Shown: positions 1 to 13,164 of the stretch, in pieces
How positions within the stretch are numbered: position 1 is the stretch's first letter
How the letters are laid out: every line of letters begins with the position of its first letter
Assembly (NCBI RefSeq): GCF_006345805.1
Contig: NC_042997.1
Span: forward strand, 199,578,001 to 199,642,000
Length of the DNA: 64,000 nucleotides
Direction: 5' to 3'
Origin: Octopus sinensis
Lineage: Eukaryota
Position numbers and translations under genes: made by a program
Notes under the pieces: model-generated
Seen by the model: only the letters and a program-made list of their open reading frames with translations
Database searches by the model: none
What the model was told of the DNA's origin: nothing

Positions 1-1842
1 TGAAAGAGAGGAAGCATTATTTAGATATTGTCATTGTTCTTTGAGTTACTAAGAAGAGTCTAAAATTATTTGATTATATCAGAATCCTTGTTTTCTCTTT
101 TTCCTAAGCATGTTACTGAAATCTACCAGAGAATCAGTTATTAGGGAAGCAAGAACACTGGATTATTAGTCGGAAATACGATGGATGGATTTAGAAATTC
201 AAGTTTTATTGAAGATTGTGTCAGTATTGTCGTCATAAACCCGTGTTCTGTTATGAAATAATCAGCTTAAACCTCAATGATAGACACCAGCTTATGAGAG
301 TTTATACACTCACATTTACTTGCAGACATACAGAAATATCTTTGTTCAGCTGTGTGTGTGTGTGTTGTAAAGAAAATAATGTATTGTGTATCCACACGCC
401 TCCTCTACAGACTTGTTCGGTGCTGTATAATGTAGGATGAATGATCAATATCTAACTTATGTAACTCAATTGATCAATCCTGTCTCTCTTCAAAATTTGT
501 TCTGACAAATGCAAAACAGAATTTCTAGTTGTTTATAAATATTAAAATGGAGCAACAACATATTACAGCAAGAAGGTTAGGAGTTTCGTTCTAACTTTAA
601 CAGTTTACAGTGACTAGTTCAAAATGAACAGAGGTTCTGTGTAGTCACTTGATCTAATAGAAATAACAACAACATAACACTCCACACCATCTTAATGTAA
701 TGAAATGGCAGTCGTTAGAGTGTCAGCTTAATGTCTTGTCTAATATTTGTCCCGGATCTCTGTGCTCCCAGTTCAAATCAGACCAAGTTCAACTTTGCCT
801 GACATTTTTTTCAGGGTCAATTAAAAGGAAAAGTATTTGAGAAAAAAAAAAAGAAAAAAAAAGAAAAGAAAGGTACCAATCCAGGGTGGTAGATTTGCAG
901 AAGGATAAGAATGTTGAAGTGGGTGCTTTGCAGTATTTGTTTCAGCTCTTTGGATTTTAAGTTCAAATCAAATCATGGTCTACTTAGGTGGTAGACTTCA
1001 TTTATTACTTGGTTTAACGCCACTAAAAATACCCATGTACTAGATGGAGGCGACTATTCTGTTGCAAGCATTTGAACCAGGTCCCTAGTTTAAGGATACT
1101 TCCCCATCACACAAACACACACTCACTCACTACTCTCAGAGAACCTACCTTCTCTCTTGATTAAAAGATAAAAGAAAATGTAGTCTGAAATTAGGCAGGA
1201 TGGTCATGATTGGAACACCTTTCATCATACATTCGCTAATCAAGGCTGATCTGGGTCATAAACAACATATTCCCAATATTCATTGGTAAAAGTTTCTTTT
1301 GATGCATTTAATTTATTTTTGTCTTGATTAATGATGCAACCTAATAGAGGACTGTATTATCAGCACTCAGACCTCAAATCTTCAAACTCTCAGCACCTTT
1401 ATATAAACTAAAGAAACACTCTTCTATTTTACAACACTGCTGCTGCTTACACCAACGAGTTATGTCGCAGAGTAAAACCTGTAGGTAGTAACATAATACG
1501 AATCCCTCACTTTGTGTTGGCTATGCTTGGTGGCCATATCCTTTAGATTATTAAGTCTTTTATTATGAACAAAATACATTTTCTTTGTTCAATATTTTCC
1601 TATTAACATTCTATCTTCACCTAAATCTAGCCTTTAATTTCTGGGGTCAAAGTATTACTACTGCTCTAATGGACAATAAGAGACATGTTTCCCTCACTTA
1701 AAGTAATACGGACAAAGAATAAAATTACTTCAAATATTTCATCGTCACATTCAACATGCTTTATTCACCTGTTGTAAAGTAGCTGTATAAATTCTAACCT
1801 AGATTTCTTTTCACAGTAACATCTATTAGTGTTTTTTTTTCT

Positions 1843-2215
1843 CTTTTACTCGTTTCAGTCATTTGACTGCAGCCATGCTGGAACACCACCTTTATTTGAG
1901 CAAACTGACCCCAGGACTTATTCTTTGGAAGCCTAGTTCTTATTCTATCAATCTCTTTTGCCGAATGGCTAAGTTACAGGGACGTAAACACTAAACACAC
2001 CAGCATCGGTTGTCAAGTGATTTTGGAGGGACAAACACAGACACACAAACATATACACACACATACATACGTATATATATATATACGACAGGTTTCTTTC
2101 AGTTTCCATCTACTAAATAGAAGATACTTGCCCAAGGTGCCATGCAGTGGGAATGAACTCGAAACCATGTGGTTGGTAAGCAAGCTACATATCACACTGC
2201 CACTCCTACTCATAC
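1843..2215 (-). mobile_element. tRNA-derived CORE-like SINE (family A)
   Basis: Reverse complement has a head with A/B-box-like motifs (GAGTGGCAGTGTG...GAGTTCATTCCC), a CORE-like CCTTGGGCAAGT, an internal (TA)/(TG) tract and a tail ...ATGACTGAAACGAGTAAAAG. More than 10 similar copies occur in the window. Confidence 0.8.
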
Positions 2216-2825
2216 GCTAATTACTTTTGGCAGCAAATTAGTTTCACCTCTAATTCCTAGGAACATATTCAAAAGAAAGACAAAATTAGAAAGATAGTTT
2301 CAGTCATTCCGTATCTCTCACAATACCTAAGACTTCAAGAGGTGCAATTGTAGTCGGGTTGCAGTAATATCAGTAAACAATATAGTTTACAATACATAGA
2401 AGAAGTCAGCCAATATCTCGAAATAAAAGCTATTTACCCCATGCTGCAACATCCACAAAACAATTCATGAACAAACTAAAGCATGCCTTAAAGCATTGTT
2501 GGCAGAGAAATAGAATAATTAATTGAGGAAGTGAGGATGTGTAACAGTTTAATTAAGTTTAGACTAACCACAAGTAACACAACAGCAAGTTAACTCTGCA
2601 TATACAAAACAATGAAGACTGACAGAGAAGTTAAATGGCTGCTTATATGAAGATTTCTTGCAGACTGCCACAACAGTGAATGGTGGTAACCTTATAAACA
2701 CAGCTGGTTATTTAAAAGATATTGAAGCAACACCATGTTAGATTTTCAGCACACATTGGGGTTTGTGGATATGGTCCACAGAATGCAGAAGAATCTAGGA
2801 TCCTGGAATCCTTTGACACAAAAAG

Positions 2826-5006
2826 CACTGGTTCACAGAGAAATTGAAGCAAACATAAAAATAGTTGTTCTAGCCTAAATTGTGGGTGCTGATTTCAGAT
2901 ACAAAACCAGTTTTCACTCGTCACCTCTAGGTTTTGAGATATACATAATTATGAGTTTGTGACAATTTACATAACCATATATATGATCAATTTTTATTTT
3001 GTTTTCCAGATTTTTGTGATATATATATATATATATATATGATACATGTCTCTACAATGGCATCAGGTACTTCAAAGCACTGAGGATGCATCAACAAAGC
3101 AAATTCATTCTGCTACATTTGTGTGGATTTCACGAAAGTTACACAGCACCAAACAATTGCATCCCTCCTGGGAATTGCTTACTTTCATTATTTTGATAGT
3201 AAAACTGGAGATCAGAACATATCCTGGGACCCACACATTTGTTGTAAACCCTGCTACAATGAACTAATTGCATGGTCTAACAGCAAGAAAGCATCCTTCA
3301 ACTTTGCTGTCCTGATGGTCTGGAGAGAGCCATGAAGCCATGCAGATGATTGTTATTTTTGTCTAACAAACTTAACGAATTTCAAGGCTTTTTCTAGAAC
3401 AAAATCAAATGTCCCAACCTTTCCTCAGCTATGAGACCTGTTCCCCACTCAGATGATCTCCCTGTCCCTACACTCCCAACAAATAAGGATTTTCTTCCTT
3501 CATCAGGGGAAGATTCTGCCAAGTCAATCTCTTCTGAAGACAATGACTCTGTTTATTCATGAGCAAGTGGCACTGGATCACACAGGAAGACCTCAATGAC
3601 CTTGCCCATGATTTGTATCTATATAAAGCAGCAGTCAGAGCTCCTGGCATCCTGGCTTTAGCAGTGGAATCTGGTCAAGGCAGATGTAAGGATCACCAGT
3701 GTCAGGACACAAAACTAGGACTTTGCTTCATTCTTTGATATGGAAAACAGGTTGTGCTACTGCACAACTGTCTCTGGCTTGTTCCCCTTCCTTGGTTTCC
3801 CACACAATTCCTCAGACAGGCATCTTTTCATAGACTCTCCCAAGCAAAGTCTGAAGGCTGTGCTTTTGCACAATGGAAATTATTACCCCAGCATTCCCAT
3901 TGCCTACTCAGCCCATTTGAAGGAGTTGTATGACCATATGGAACTACTTTTGGAAGCTATCAAGTACCAGTGGAATCTATGTGTGGACCTCAAGGTCATT
4001 GGGCTCCTAATGGGTATGCAAATAGGCTTCACAAAGTACTGTTGCTTTCTTTGTCCTTGGGACAGTTGGGTTGTGTCCAAGCACTACAAGCAGAAGGACT
4101 AGGGATCTAGGAGCACTTTCATGCCTAGTGAACACAGTGTCCAAGAAAATCCTCTGGTGGTCATGAACAAGGTGCTTCTTCCTCCTCTTCTTGGTTTGAT
4201 GAAGCTTGGTTTAACGAAGAATTTCGTGAAGGCCATAGACAAAAATAGTGCTGCCTTCCAACACTTGTTTCTCAGTTCTAAGTTCTGCTAAGCTCAAAGA
4301 GGAAATCTTCTTCGGACCTCAGATCTGAGAGGTGCTGAAGGATAAGGACTTTGAGAAGCTTCATACCTTAAAGGAACTGAGTGAGGAAAGCATTTAAGTC
4401 AGTCTACCATGGCTTCTTTGGTAACACACAGGTACTAGATTACCAAGAGTGTACTGAGAAGTTGTTACAGTCTTATGAGGATATGGGATGCCAAATGACA
4501 CTCAAAATTCACTTTCTTTACTCCCACCTCAACCTCTTCCCTCCAAAGCTCGGAACAGTGAATGATGAGCATAAAGAAAAGTTCCATCAAAATGGAGAGC
4601 AACTACCAAGGCAAGTGGAATCCCAGCATAATGGGGGACTTTGCTGGATGCTCCTGATGACATCCCAGGGGTAAAGTACAAAAGATCATCCAAAACAAAC
4701 TCACTTATAGATGTCTGCTATACTATGATTTTGTGTGTATTGTATTATCCAAGTAATTTGGTTCAATGTTCTGTATCTACGCTGAATTTTTTTCTGTAAT
4801 ATGCCTTTGTAACAGATGAAATAAACACACTATATTTTGAACTTATATACAGTTTAATTAAAATGGGATATGTGAAAGCAAAAAGCTAGAGGCAATAGAG
4901 CAAAACTGTTCAGAAAATTGAGTTCACCACATGAAAGTTTGTAAAAAAAAAACACCCATTCATACCCTTGTCTCAGAGCAAAAAAACATTTTCTTCTAAA
5001 CCAGTG
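2826..5006 (+). mobile_element. Decayed Chapaev3-like (CMC superfamily) DNA transposon
   Basis: Termini CACTGGTT (2826) and AACCAGTG (ends 5006) form an inverted repeat enclosing a broken transposase. The right flank is TAA; a matching TSD is not preserved on the left. Confidence 0.75.
3084..4700 (+). pseudogene. Chapaev-type transposase pseudogene (stops and frameshifts)
   Basis: Fragments read GCINKANSFCYIC...GDQNISWDPHICCKPC...MVWREP*SHADDCYFC (N-terminal Zn domain), LFIDS..SLKAVLLHNGN..PSIP, DLKVIGLLMGMQIGFTKYCCFLCPWDS and MTLKIHFLYSHL...VNDEHKEKFHQ. I recognise these motifs as Chapaev-type transposase. Confidence 0.8.
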
Positions 5007-5419
5007 TAATTTAAACATTTACCACATTAACTTCAAGAAACCAGCCAACTACCTGACTACCAACTAATCAAACACTTGCACAAGGCAGACTTCATTTCAC
5101 TAGGGAAAGGAATAGGCAAATAGTTGTATATACTGAGTCCTTCACTCATTGTTTCACTGATCATTGGCTAGTGATCAGTGATGTTAAGATAATAAGCTAA
5201 ATGAACTGAGAAGTACAAACCAAGAAAATTATCTGAAGATACTGAAGCTGAAAGATACCTCAGCAAGATGTAAGTTCAATGAAGATTTTGGTTGATGTGT
5301 ATTAAAAGAAAAAGAAAATAGAGACTTAGAGGAAGCGGAGGAAGACAGACTACTGCAGAGCAAGGTTCCAGCTGCAAAGAAGATGACGTGGTAGTGAAAT
5401 GGCACAGCAGATATGTCGA

Positions 5420-5558
5420 CCTGAATGGCATCCAGCTGTAGAAACTCTGCCAAATCAAGACTGGAGCCTGGTGCAGCTATCTGGTTCATCAGCCCTCAGT
5501 CAAAATCGTCCAACCCATGCTAACATGGAAAGTGGATGTTAAACAATGATGATGATGA
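5420..5558 (+). mobile_element. RTE-clade LINE 3'-UTR fragment (family C)
   Basis: GGCATCCAGCTGTAGAAACTCTGCC...CCAACCCATGCTAACATGGAAAGTGGATGTTAAACAA followed by a (TGA)n tail. The same tail is linked to RTE coding remnants at 40920 and 62221. Confidence 0.7.
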
Positions 5559-6274
5559 TAGATCCACTAAAGCTAAGATTTAGGAATAGAAGAAGAGATG
5601 GAGCAAGAAACAATACTGAATAGTTAGAAGAGAATATTAAGTAGTATCAGGTACTTGTAGCTTAGAGGCTTAAATGGTAAGAGGTTTGCCAATGTTCTAC
5701 AAAGAGATGGTGACAGGCATGAGGTATTCCTAATTGTAAATCAATGTATCAGTGCAATTCAAGGTATCATTGGGATTCAGTGTGCAACACTCACTCATTC
5801 TCTCTCTTACCGACAACAAGAAGAAAGAGACTTGGAAATTATTCCCTCTCCTACTACTTTGTCTGGAAAAAAGGGCAGTACCCATAACCCTTTATTTTTT
5901 TCAGGGCTGGTATCATTGGTGAATGAAAGGTAAGAAGTTATCCTTAAAAATCAGTGACCTGATCCAAAAGCTTCAATGGAATGAACTCTGGTAAAGGAAT
6001 CTCAAAAATCAGGTAGTGGTGTTAAACCAGGTATGAATTATATCAACTACCCAAGGAGCACCCAGAACAAATACCACAAGATATCTTACATGACACAACT
6101 AAATAGATATAAATATAGTTGAGATTTTTTTCTGAAGGGTTTATTGAATTATTATTTCAGAATTTTGTATTATTTTCACTACATCCACCTCATCCCCCTA
6201 TCCAAACTCTACAGTTGTCACCTACACTCCCCTACCCACTACTTAATCATCAATACCTGTTCTTTATTCATATC

Positions 6275-6440
6275 ATTAGCATACTGGATAAAATGCTTAG
6301 CAGAATTCCATTCTGAGTTCAAATTCTGCTGAGGTCAACTTTGCTTTTCATCGCTTAAGAACTGGTAAAAAAAAAAGTACCAGTTGAGTACTGGGGTTGA
6401 TGTGAATTTCAAGTCTTGTGCCTATAACAGAAAGGATTAG
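6275..6440 (+). mobile_element. SINE family B (degenerate)
   Basis: AAATGCTTAGC...TTCTGAGTTCAAATTCTGCTGAGGTCAACTTTGC...TTGTGCCTATAACAGAAAGGATT matches the other family-B copies. Confidence 0.65.
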
Positions 6441-7124
6441 ATTCATTCCTTCACCCATTCAACATCCCTCAAACTCCCATACACTCATGCAACCTCTACC
6501 ATATACACTGATAGTTCTTCTGTCCCCACTCACTCCTACTCACCTTGAGCCTTAAGAGAACATGCAGACATCAGATCACAACTATTTTAATCTCTTCCCA
6601 GCTCCACAGCCTCTTTTCTAAAACACAAGTAATTGTGTTGCTCTTCCACAGCAAGAAACCTGTTTGCTATGGCCCCCTTCTCTCATAATTTAAGCCCTTA
6701 CCTCTCAGCACAAAGCCATCTACAGAAACCATGCCACAGACACTGGAGCATGTTACAGTCTCTGGACCCATCGGATCCTGTCAAATCATTCAACTGATAC
6801 CATCATGGAACATGGATGTTGATGATGAAAAGGAGGAGGGGTAGTTTATATCTAAATTGTTGAATGACAATAATAATTGAGAACAATTGTGGAAACTTCC
6901 AGAAGGATTAGCTCTCTAAAGTCAGAAAAACAAAATGATTCTAGCAAACGTGTGCTAAATTTTAATGATACTTGTTGTGTATCATTAAAACAACTTAAGG
7001 TAAAACAAATGAAAATAATAAAGGTACAATATTTTAATCAATGAAAAATATCAGTTTAGAGAAGAAATTACAGCATTTACACACACTCATTATTTAAAAA
7101 GAAATGTCGGTGCTACATAACTAC

Positions 7125-7460
7125 AACCTGTGCTGATGGCACATAAAAAGAACCTTTTCAGCGTTGAGCCTCACGGAGGCAATGACAAATGACTGAGACC
7201 TTCGGCAATAAGCTGTGCTTAAGTAGTAGACTCATCAGGTCAAATGTAATTGTAGTTGTGGCAGATACTGGCATCATGCCGGTGGCATGTAAAAGCACCT
7301 ATTACACTCTCAGAGTGGTTGGTAATAGGAAGAGCATCCAGCTGTAGAAACCACGCCAGATCAGACTGGAGTCTGGTACAGCCCTTCAGCTTACCAGCTC
7401 TGGTCAAACTGTCCAACCTATGCCATTATAGACAACAGACATTAAATGATGATGATGATT
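7125..7460 (+). mobile_element. RTE-clade LINE 3' end (family C)
   Basis: ORF C-terminal remnant (LSLTEAMT...) followed by the family-C UTR with the GGCAYRTAAAAGCACC motif and a (GAT)n tail. Confidence 0.7.
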
Positions 7461-8397
7461 ATTTAAAGAGAAATACTAGAACTATGGTAAAACTGGGATG
7501 TTGTAGAAAATACATCTCAGTGTCAACTATGAGATAAAATTGGCTGTTAAAGTCTAACCTTTTGTTAAATGTTGTAATAGAAAGGTAAACTCAGTGTTCA
7601 GTAGCTGAGGAAAACAAAAGAAAAATTGTAAAAGTCAGTTGGCAAAAGTTGCAGACCAGATACTATCAGAAGTGAGGAAATGTACATTATGTTGAACATT
7701 AACTGAATAATAATGAATACACGCTGAGAATGACACATCAATGGAACAGACAGTTTAGATATGAAAGCGGATTTAGCAGGAGATAAGAATTCCTAGTGTG
7801 TTGTGTTGTATCAGTAAATATCATTTGACAGAATAAATAGAGAAAAATCCAATGTACATTTACGACAATAACAACATTTTTTTTTTTTGCACCATATATC
7901 AAAGGAAGCTCTTAAGTAAATGGTAATGTTTACAACACAAATCTCATTACAAGATAAGGAGGAGGAGGGGGGAGGGTCTCGACAACTACATCTTTGTCAT
8001 CAATAGCCTAAAAACCAATATTATGAAGAAAATATTTTGCAATAACATGTAAGAAATCCTACAAAGTAGCCTAAGCACATTAAATTCTATACAGTAAACA
8101 TGTTTAAGTGGTTATTTGGGAGGATTTGCTAAACTTCAGTGATTTCACCTCAACTACCAAATGTCATCGCTACAATGGTTAGAGGCTTAAGAAGACAAAA
8201 ACCCGCATGCACGTGTGTGTGTACGTATATATATATATATAAAATGAAAATAAGCAACAAGGATATCCTTATTACTTATTTTGATTATAATCACCCTGTT
8301 TGATTTATGTGGATAATACCATACAAAATTCTGGTGCATTTAACTTAAGTACCATATTTATCTGAATCTAAATTTTGCTGAACTTAATATATATATA

Positions 8398-8612
8398 TAG
8401 TTAATCCAAACAAAAAAACACAAAAAACAAAAAAACAACAACGCGAGGACGTGGAACAAATAAAGTATTATTTGATGCTCAGGAAAGAAGGGAAGAAGGA
8501 GGGTTTAACGTTTCGAGCGGAGCTCTTCATCGGAAACACAGGAGAAGGAAAGATCCCGAGAAGGGAAGACAGAGGAAAAAAAATTGCCAATGGTACACAC
8601 GAGGTCACATAT
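8398..8612 (-). mobile_element. Penelope-type pseudo-LTR-like repeat with hammerhead motif
   Basis: Follows a (TA)n tract and contains a minimal hammerhead-like motif on the minus strand. A truncated copy of its end (TAGTTAATCCAAAC) recurs at 39059. Confidence 0.55.
8503..8537 (-). ncRNA. Minimal type I hammerhead-ribozyme-like motif (core U->C variant)
   Basis: Minus strand reads GTTT-CCGATGA-A-GAGC-TCC-GCTC-GAAA-C-GTT-AAAC: stem I GUUU/AAAC, stem II GAGC/GCUC, palindromic AACGTT at stem III. Confidence 0.55.
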
Positions 8613-8874
8613 TGATGTATCATACTTCAGCTTCTCAACACCTGGCATAATGCCACCTGATGAGGTTGAAGTATGATAGAGGGACAGGCACAAGTGTCTT
8701 GCTATGGAGGCGATACATGCTACCCAACAGTTTTAAAAATCATACCTTTGATTTTCATACTGGGGAACATTGACAAGCATCTTCCTTTCTGCTTCTCTTC
8801 TCTAGCTACCTAATATGATTCTCTGCTACACCCATCATTCCAATATTTTCAATCCTGTCTCTTTGCTCTGTTTT

Positions 8875-9099
8875 ATAATAATGAAATTATTGTATACAGT
8901 GCTCAGGTGCACCACAACTTGTCAGACAGTGCATATAAAGCACATGTAGTAATGTAGAAATGTCTGGAAAGCGAACAATGCATGAGTCAGATACATGCTG
9001 GTGTGTATATATGGAGGGGAGAGAATCAGGTGTAGTGTTGGCGAATCTCAGAAAGCATGGAAATTTTGAAGGATGCAGTGCTCCGACAACTAACAACTG
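8875..9099 (-). mobile_element. CR1-type LINE 3'-end fragment (long-UTR subfamily)
   Basis: Reverse complement matches the ORF2 C-terminus and 3' UTR of the LINE at 16280-20740, including the GGTGC-ACCTGA-GCACT hairpin and an (ATT)n tail. Confidence 0.85.
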
Positions 9100-9409
9100 T
9101 TCTACCATCACATCACCCTTGTTCTTGATGGAACTTTGCACTAGCCACAGACTTGGTCCAATACCCTCAATAGGCTGCTCTAAAGGAACTCCCAGTTCTC
9201 TTCTATGCTATACATCTCTATCCCCTCCGTCTCCTTGTCAAATACTTCAACTTGTACTTCTCTACATTTCTGACTGCTTCACTAAGTTTTCCATAGCTTT
9301 CTCTTCCGACTGATTTGTGTCTCTGTGTTCTTCTAACCCTAAGTTTGAAGTCACTAACTACTAACCTATGTAACCTTGTACATTCCTCACTTTACATTCA
9401 CAGACAGTA

Positions 9410-9783
9410 CCATACGAGTGAGATCATTGCCAGAGCAAGATACTGGCCTTCGTGCGTGATTGTTACCGCATTGCCTTACTAGCACTTGTGCTGGTGGCAC
9501 GTGAAACATTCGAATGAGGAAGTTGCCAGTGCCGCTAGACTGACTCCTGTGCAGGTGGCACATTTAACGCACCATTTGGACGTGGCCGTTGCCAGTACCA
9601 CCAAACTGGCCCTCGTGCCGTTGGCACATAAAAGCACCCGCTACACTCTCAGAGTGGTTGGCGTTAGGAAGGGCATCCAGCTGTAGAAGCTCTGCCAGAT
9701 CAGATTGGAATCTGGTTTGCCAGACCACAGTCAAATCGTCCAACCCATGCTAGCATGGAAAGCAGACGTTAAATGATGATGAA
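9410..9783 (+). mobile_element. RTE-clade LINE 3'-UTR fragment (family C)
   Basis: Internal repeats (GCCAGT...ACTGGC, GGCACATAAAAGCACC), GGTTGGCGTTAGGAAGGGCATCCAGC and a (GAT)n tail. Confidence 0.75.
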
Positions 9784-10469
9784 ACATCTGTTTATCCCAT
9801 TTTCTGATGAGAATGTAACCGGTCTGGCTGGTGTGCCCCCCCAACTTGGTAGGTAATTACATGACTAGATAGTTTCTTGATGTTCATGCAGCAGATCATC
9901 TGGTCATTTGCATAATAGAACTCCAAGAGGTGAATGTAGTAGATGAGAAGGGATGATCCATGATACATATGAGTTGGGGAGTAGGTGTCGATTGGTACTA
10001 CAGGAAGGTGAAGGGCAGCAAGATAAAAAGAGATGATGTATGTGGCAGAGGTATAGGTAACAAGAGTGTGAATAACAAGAAGTTGAAAGAGTTTGTGCAG
10101 AGAGTAGTGCATGAAGAGAATGAGAGATGTATGGTGATATGGGAACAGGAAGTGGCTTAGTGGAAAGGGAGACGTAATTTGGTGGCATATAAGGGTGGAG
10201 AGATCAATGTAAAGTATGACTGAAGAAGAACAATATATGAATGAAGGATGGAAGTTAATTGAAGCAGTTCAGAGTAGAGATAAAGATAACTGGTATCATA
10301 GAAAAGATGCAGCTATACTTTCATTTGCTTACAGCAGTAGAATACTGCAGTTGACAAGAGATAGATCAGTGATGGAAAATAAAAGAGTAGAGGGAAAATT
10401 AGGTGAGATTCTTAAATGTGTATATATAGGCCTTTTGATTCCAGATCCTCAGTTTTAGCAAGACAGTTG

Positions 10470-11660
10470 GTCATCTTGAGCACGTCTCTCTTCCACAAGT
10501 TTCATCCACACTAAGAGATCAACACTTTATACAGCTGTTCTCATCCATATGCAACACAGGGCCATACCAGCACAAACTTCACTCTTGCACAGTACATCTG
10601 ATTCTGCTTATAGTACGCATGTAATTTTTGTTTATATATCGACTACTTCAAATTTTACGGCTTATCATATACTTTATAAGAAGTACATGTAGATGTTAAT
10701 ATCCGAAGCATTAGAATGGCAGATCTGTAAAGAAATCCGAATAAAGATTGATAATAAAAACTGTGTATATACTTAAGCATTCTCAATTCTCCATTAAATC
10801 TCATGTAGCATATATAAATATAAACTAATTCTATTGCTATATCAGCTTGATGATTTAACTTCTATAGATTTATCTAGATTTTCCTGGCACGTAAAAAGCA
10901 CCAACCGATCGTGGCTGTTGCCAGCCTCGCCTGGCACATAAAAAGCACCCACTACACTCTTGGAGTGGTTGGCGTTAGGAAGGGTATACAGCTGTAGAAA
11001 CACTGCCAGATCAGACTGGGCCTGATGCAGCCTCCTGGCTTCCCAGACCCCAGTCGAACTGTCCAACCCATGCCAGCATGGAAAGCGGACGTTAAACGAT
11101 GATGATGAAGCTTGTTGCTGTTGTCACATTTTGAAAACAGTACCATAAGCAATTTACCTTGCAACATGTTTGCTCTTTATCATAAGCACACTGATGCTGC
11201 ACATCCAACGGAGACGATAGCTTAATTTCTTTCTCATCTTTGCATGTTCTCTGCATTGAGAGTCCACATCTCACTATCAAGGAGCAGAGTTATTTGAACA
11301 CAAGCATCATACAATCTGTCTTCCACTTGGAAAGAAACTTTTTCTTACCAACAGAAATAACAGCTTATTCTTATACCAGCAGCTGTATTTTCAGAACAAC
11401 TTCTCCCATTGCTAATTAGGTCAGCTAGATAAACTACAACCTCTAGAGAATCTACTGGGCATTTGATAAAATCTACTTCCTGTGCACCCTTAGTGATTAT
11501 TGCTCTTGTACATCCACCACATACAAAATTTTTGTCTGTTAACCTGTGTGTAATATCACATGCACCTCGTGTGTTCACTATTCGTACTGGGCACATCATA
11601 TGTAATTTCAACTCATTCCTTATCTACATAATGAGCAAGGATCGTTCCCTGACATACCCT
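10470..11660 (-). pseudogene. Decayed RTE-clade reverse transcriptase fragments
   Basis: Minus-strand fragments FVCGGC...SLEVVVYLADLISNGRSCSE (LEVV..F.YLG motif), SEMWTLNAENMQR and LCWYGPVLHMDENSCIK. Interrupted by a family-C copy at 10884-11108 (+). Confidence 0.65.
10884..11108 (+). mobile_element. RTE-clade LINE 3'-UTR fragment (family C)
   Basis: GGCACGTAAAAAGCACC motif twice, family-C body, and CATGGAAAGCGGACGTTAAAC(GAT)n. Confidence 0.8.
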
Positions 11661-12100
11661 CAATGAAACTGTTTAAAACCATTTTAGTTTAATATCCATT
11701 TTCTCAAATATGAGAAATTTTTTTTTTTTTTTTAGCTTCATCCATTGAAATTTTTAATACGTAAATCAACTCTGAAAGATTCACTTTGACTGGTTAAAGG
11801 GAAATAACTCCGCAATATAGCGCTAAATTACCTTCATACTTAATTGTACAAGACAGCAACAACCAAACACTTCCAAAATGGCCATTTAAAGACTACAACT
11901 TTTATTCCGTCATCTGAAGATCTTTTGGCTTAAAATTAATTTATTATTTAAGTGTTATGATGCAACTAATTGGTGAAATTCGGGGCAGTAGCTTTACTAG
12001 ACCTGCAGACTATATATCATAGACCTTTATAAAGGTTTATGTCATGAAACCTTTATAGCTCCATGTATTAAGCTCAATGATTACCAGCCTTTATAATATA

Positions 12101-12480
12101 CTAGCAGTATCGCCCGGCGTTGCTCAGGTTTGTAAGGGAAATAACTATAAAGCATTTTTAGAGAGTTATAGCCAAAAAATAGCAAAAAAATGGGAAAAAA
12201 ATGATGGTAAATTTTTTTGAGAGTTAAAAAGGTGGAGTTGCGTCCCCTAGACGGTCTGTGGTTTGGGTTTCTGATTCTCGACCCCATGTCGAATTTATCG
12301 ATTTTTTTCAGAACTGGGGGAACTTTTCAAAATTTTCGCTGCGTTAGTTTTGAATTATGACATTGGGCTATGTGTGTGTCAAGTTTCATCAGAATCGGTT
12401 GAAAGCCGTGGTCAGAGTGAGGGTACGAGAAAACAGACACACAGAAAACGCACAGACAAACTGCCGTTTATATATAGAGA
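12101..12480 (-). mobile_element. Non-autonomous Helitron-like element (380 bp)
   Basis: Minus strand begins A|TCTCTATATATAAAC and ends with the hairpin CCTGAGCAACGCCGGG plus CTAG|T. This gives TC...CTRR termini, insertion between A and T, and no TSD. Confidence 0.75.
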
Positions 12481-12523
12481 TATATATATATATTATATAT
12501 ATATATTATATATATATATATAT

Positions 12524-12794
12524 TGTTGTATTTCAGGATGGTCATTTTATTTATTTTTTTAATTTTGTTTTTGTCAAATAAACACGTGCACTAGGTTTTT
12601 TTTTCTTCTTCACTCGTTTATTACTGTTATTTTATTCTTTTCACACCTGTCCATTATCCAAAAACCTTTCATCACACACCTGTGACCTCCTCAGTGACAC
12701 TTTTCTTTTCTGTGTGTGTTCTTGCTCCACTTACTCCATTCAAAAAAGAATATATATATATAGCATGGAAAGCAGACATTAAATGATGATGGTA

Positions 12795-12861
<67 letters not shown>

Positions 12862-13123
12862 ATTTCAGGATGGTCATTTTATTTATTTTTTTAATTTTGT
12901 TTTTGTCAAATAAACACGTGCACTAGGTTTTTTTTTCTTCTTCACTCGTTATTACTGTTATTTTATTCTTTTCACACCTGTCCATTATCCAAAAACCTTT
13001 CATCACACACCTGTGACCTCCTCAGTGACACTTTTCTTTTCTGTGTGTGTTCTTGCTCCACTTACTCCATTCAAAAAAGAATATATATATATAGCATGGA
13101 AAGCAGACATTAAATGATGATGG

Positions 13124-13160
<37 letters not shown>
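12524..13160. repeat. Near-identical ~331-bp tandem duplication separated by (TA)n
   Basis: Units starting near 12524 and 12855 differ only in homopolymer/microsatellite length. Confidence 0.9.
12655..12699 (-). ncRNA. Hammerhead-ribozyme-like motif (second copy at 12986-13030)
   Basis: Minus strand reads TGTCA-CTGAGGA-G-GTCACA-GGTG-TGTGAT-GAAA-GGTTTT-TGGATA: CUGANGA and GAAA cores flank a 6-bp stem II. Confidence 0.5.
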
Positions 13161-13164
<4 letters not shown>

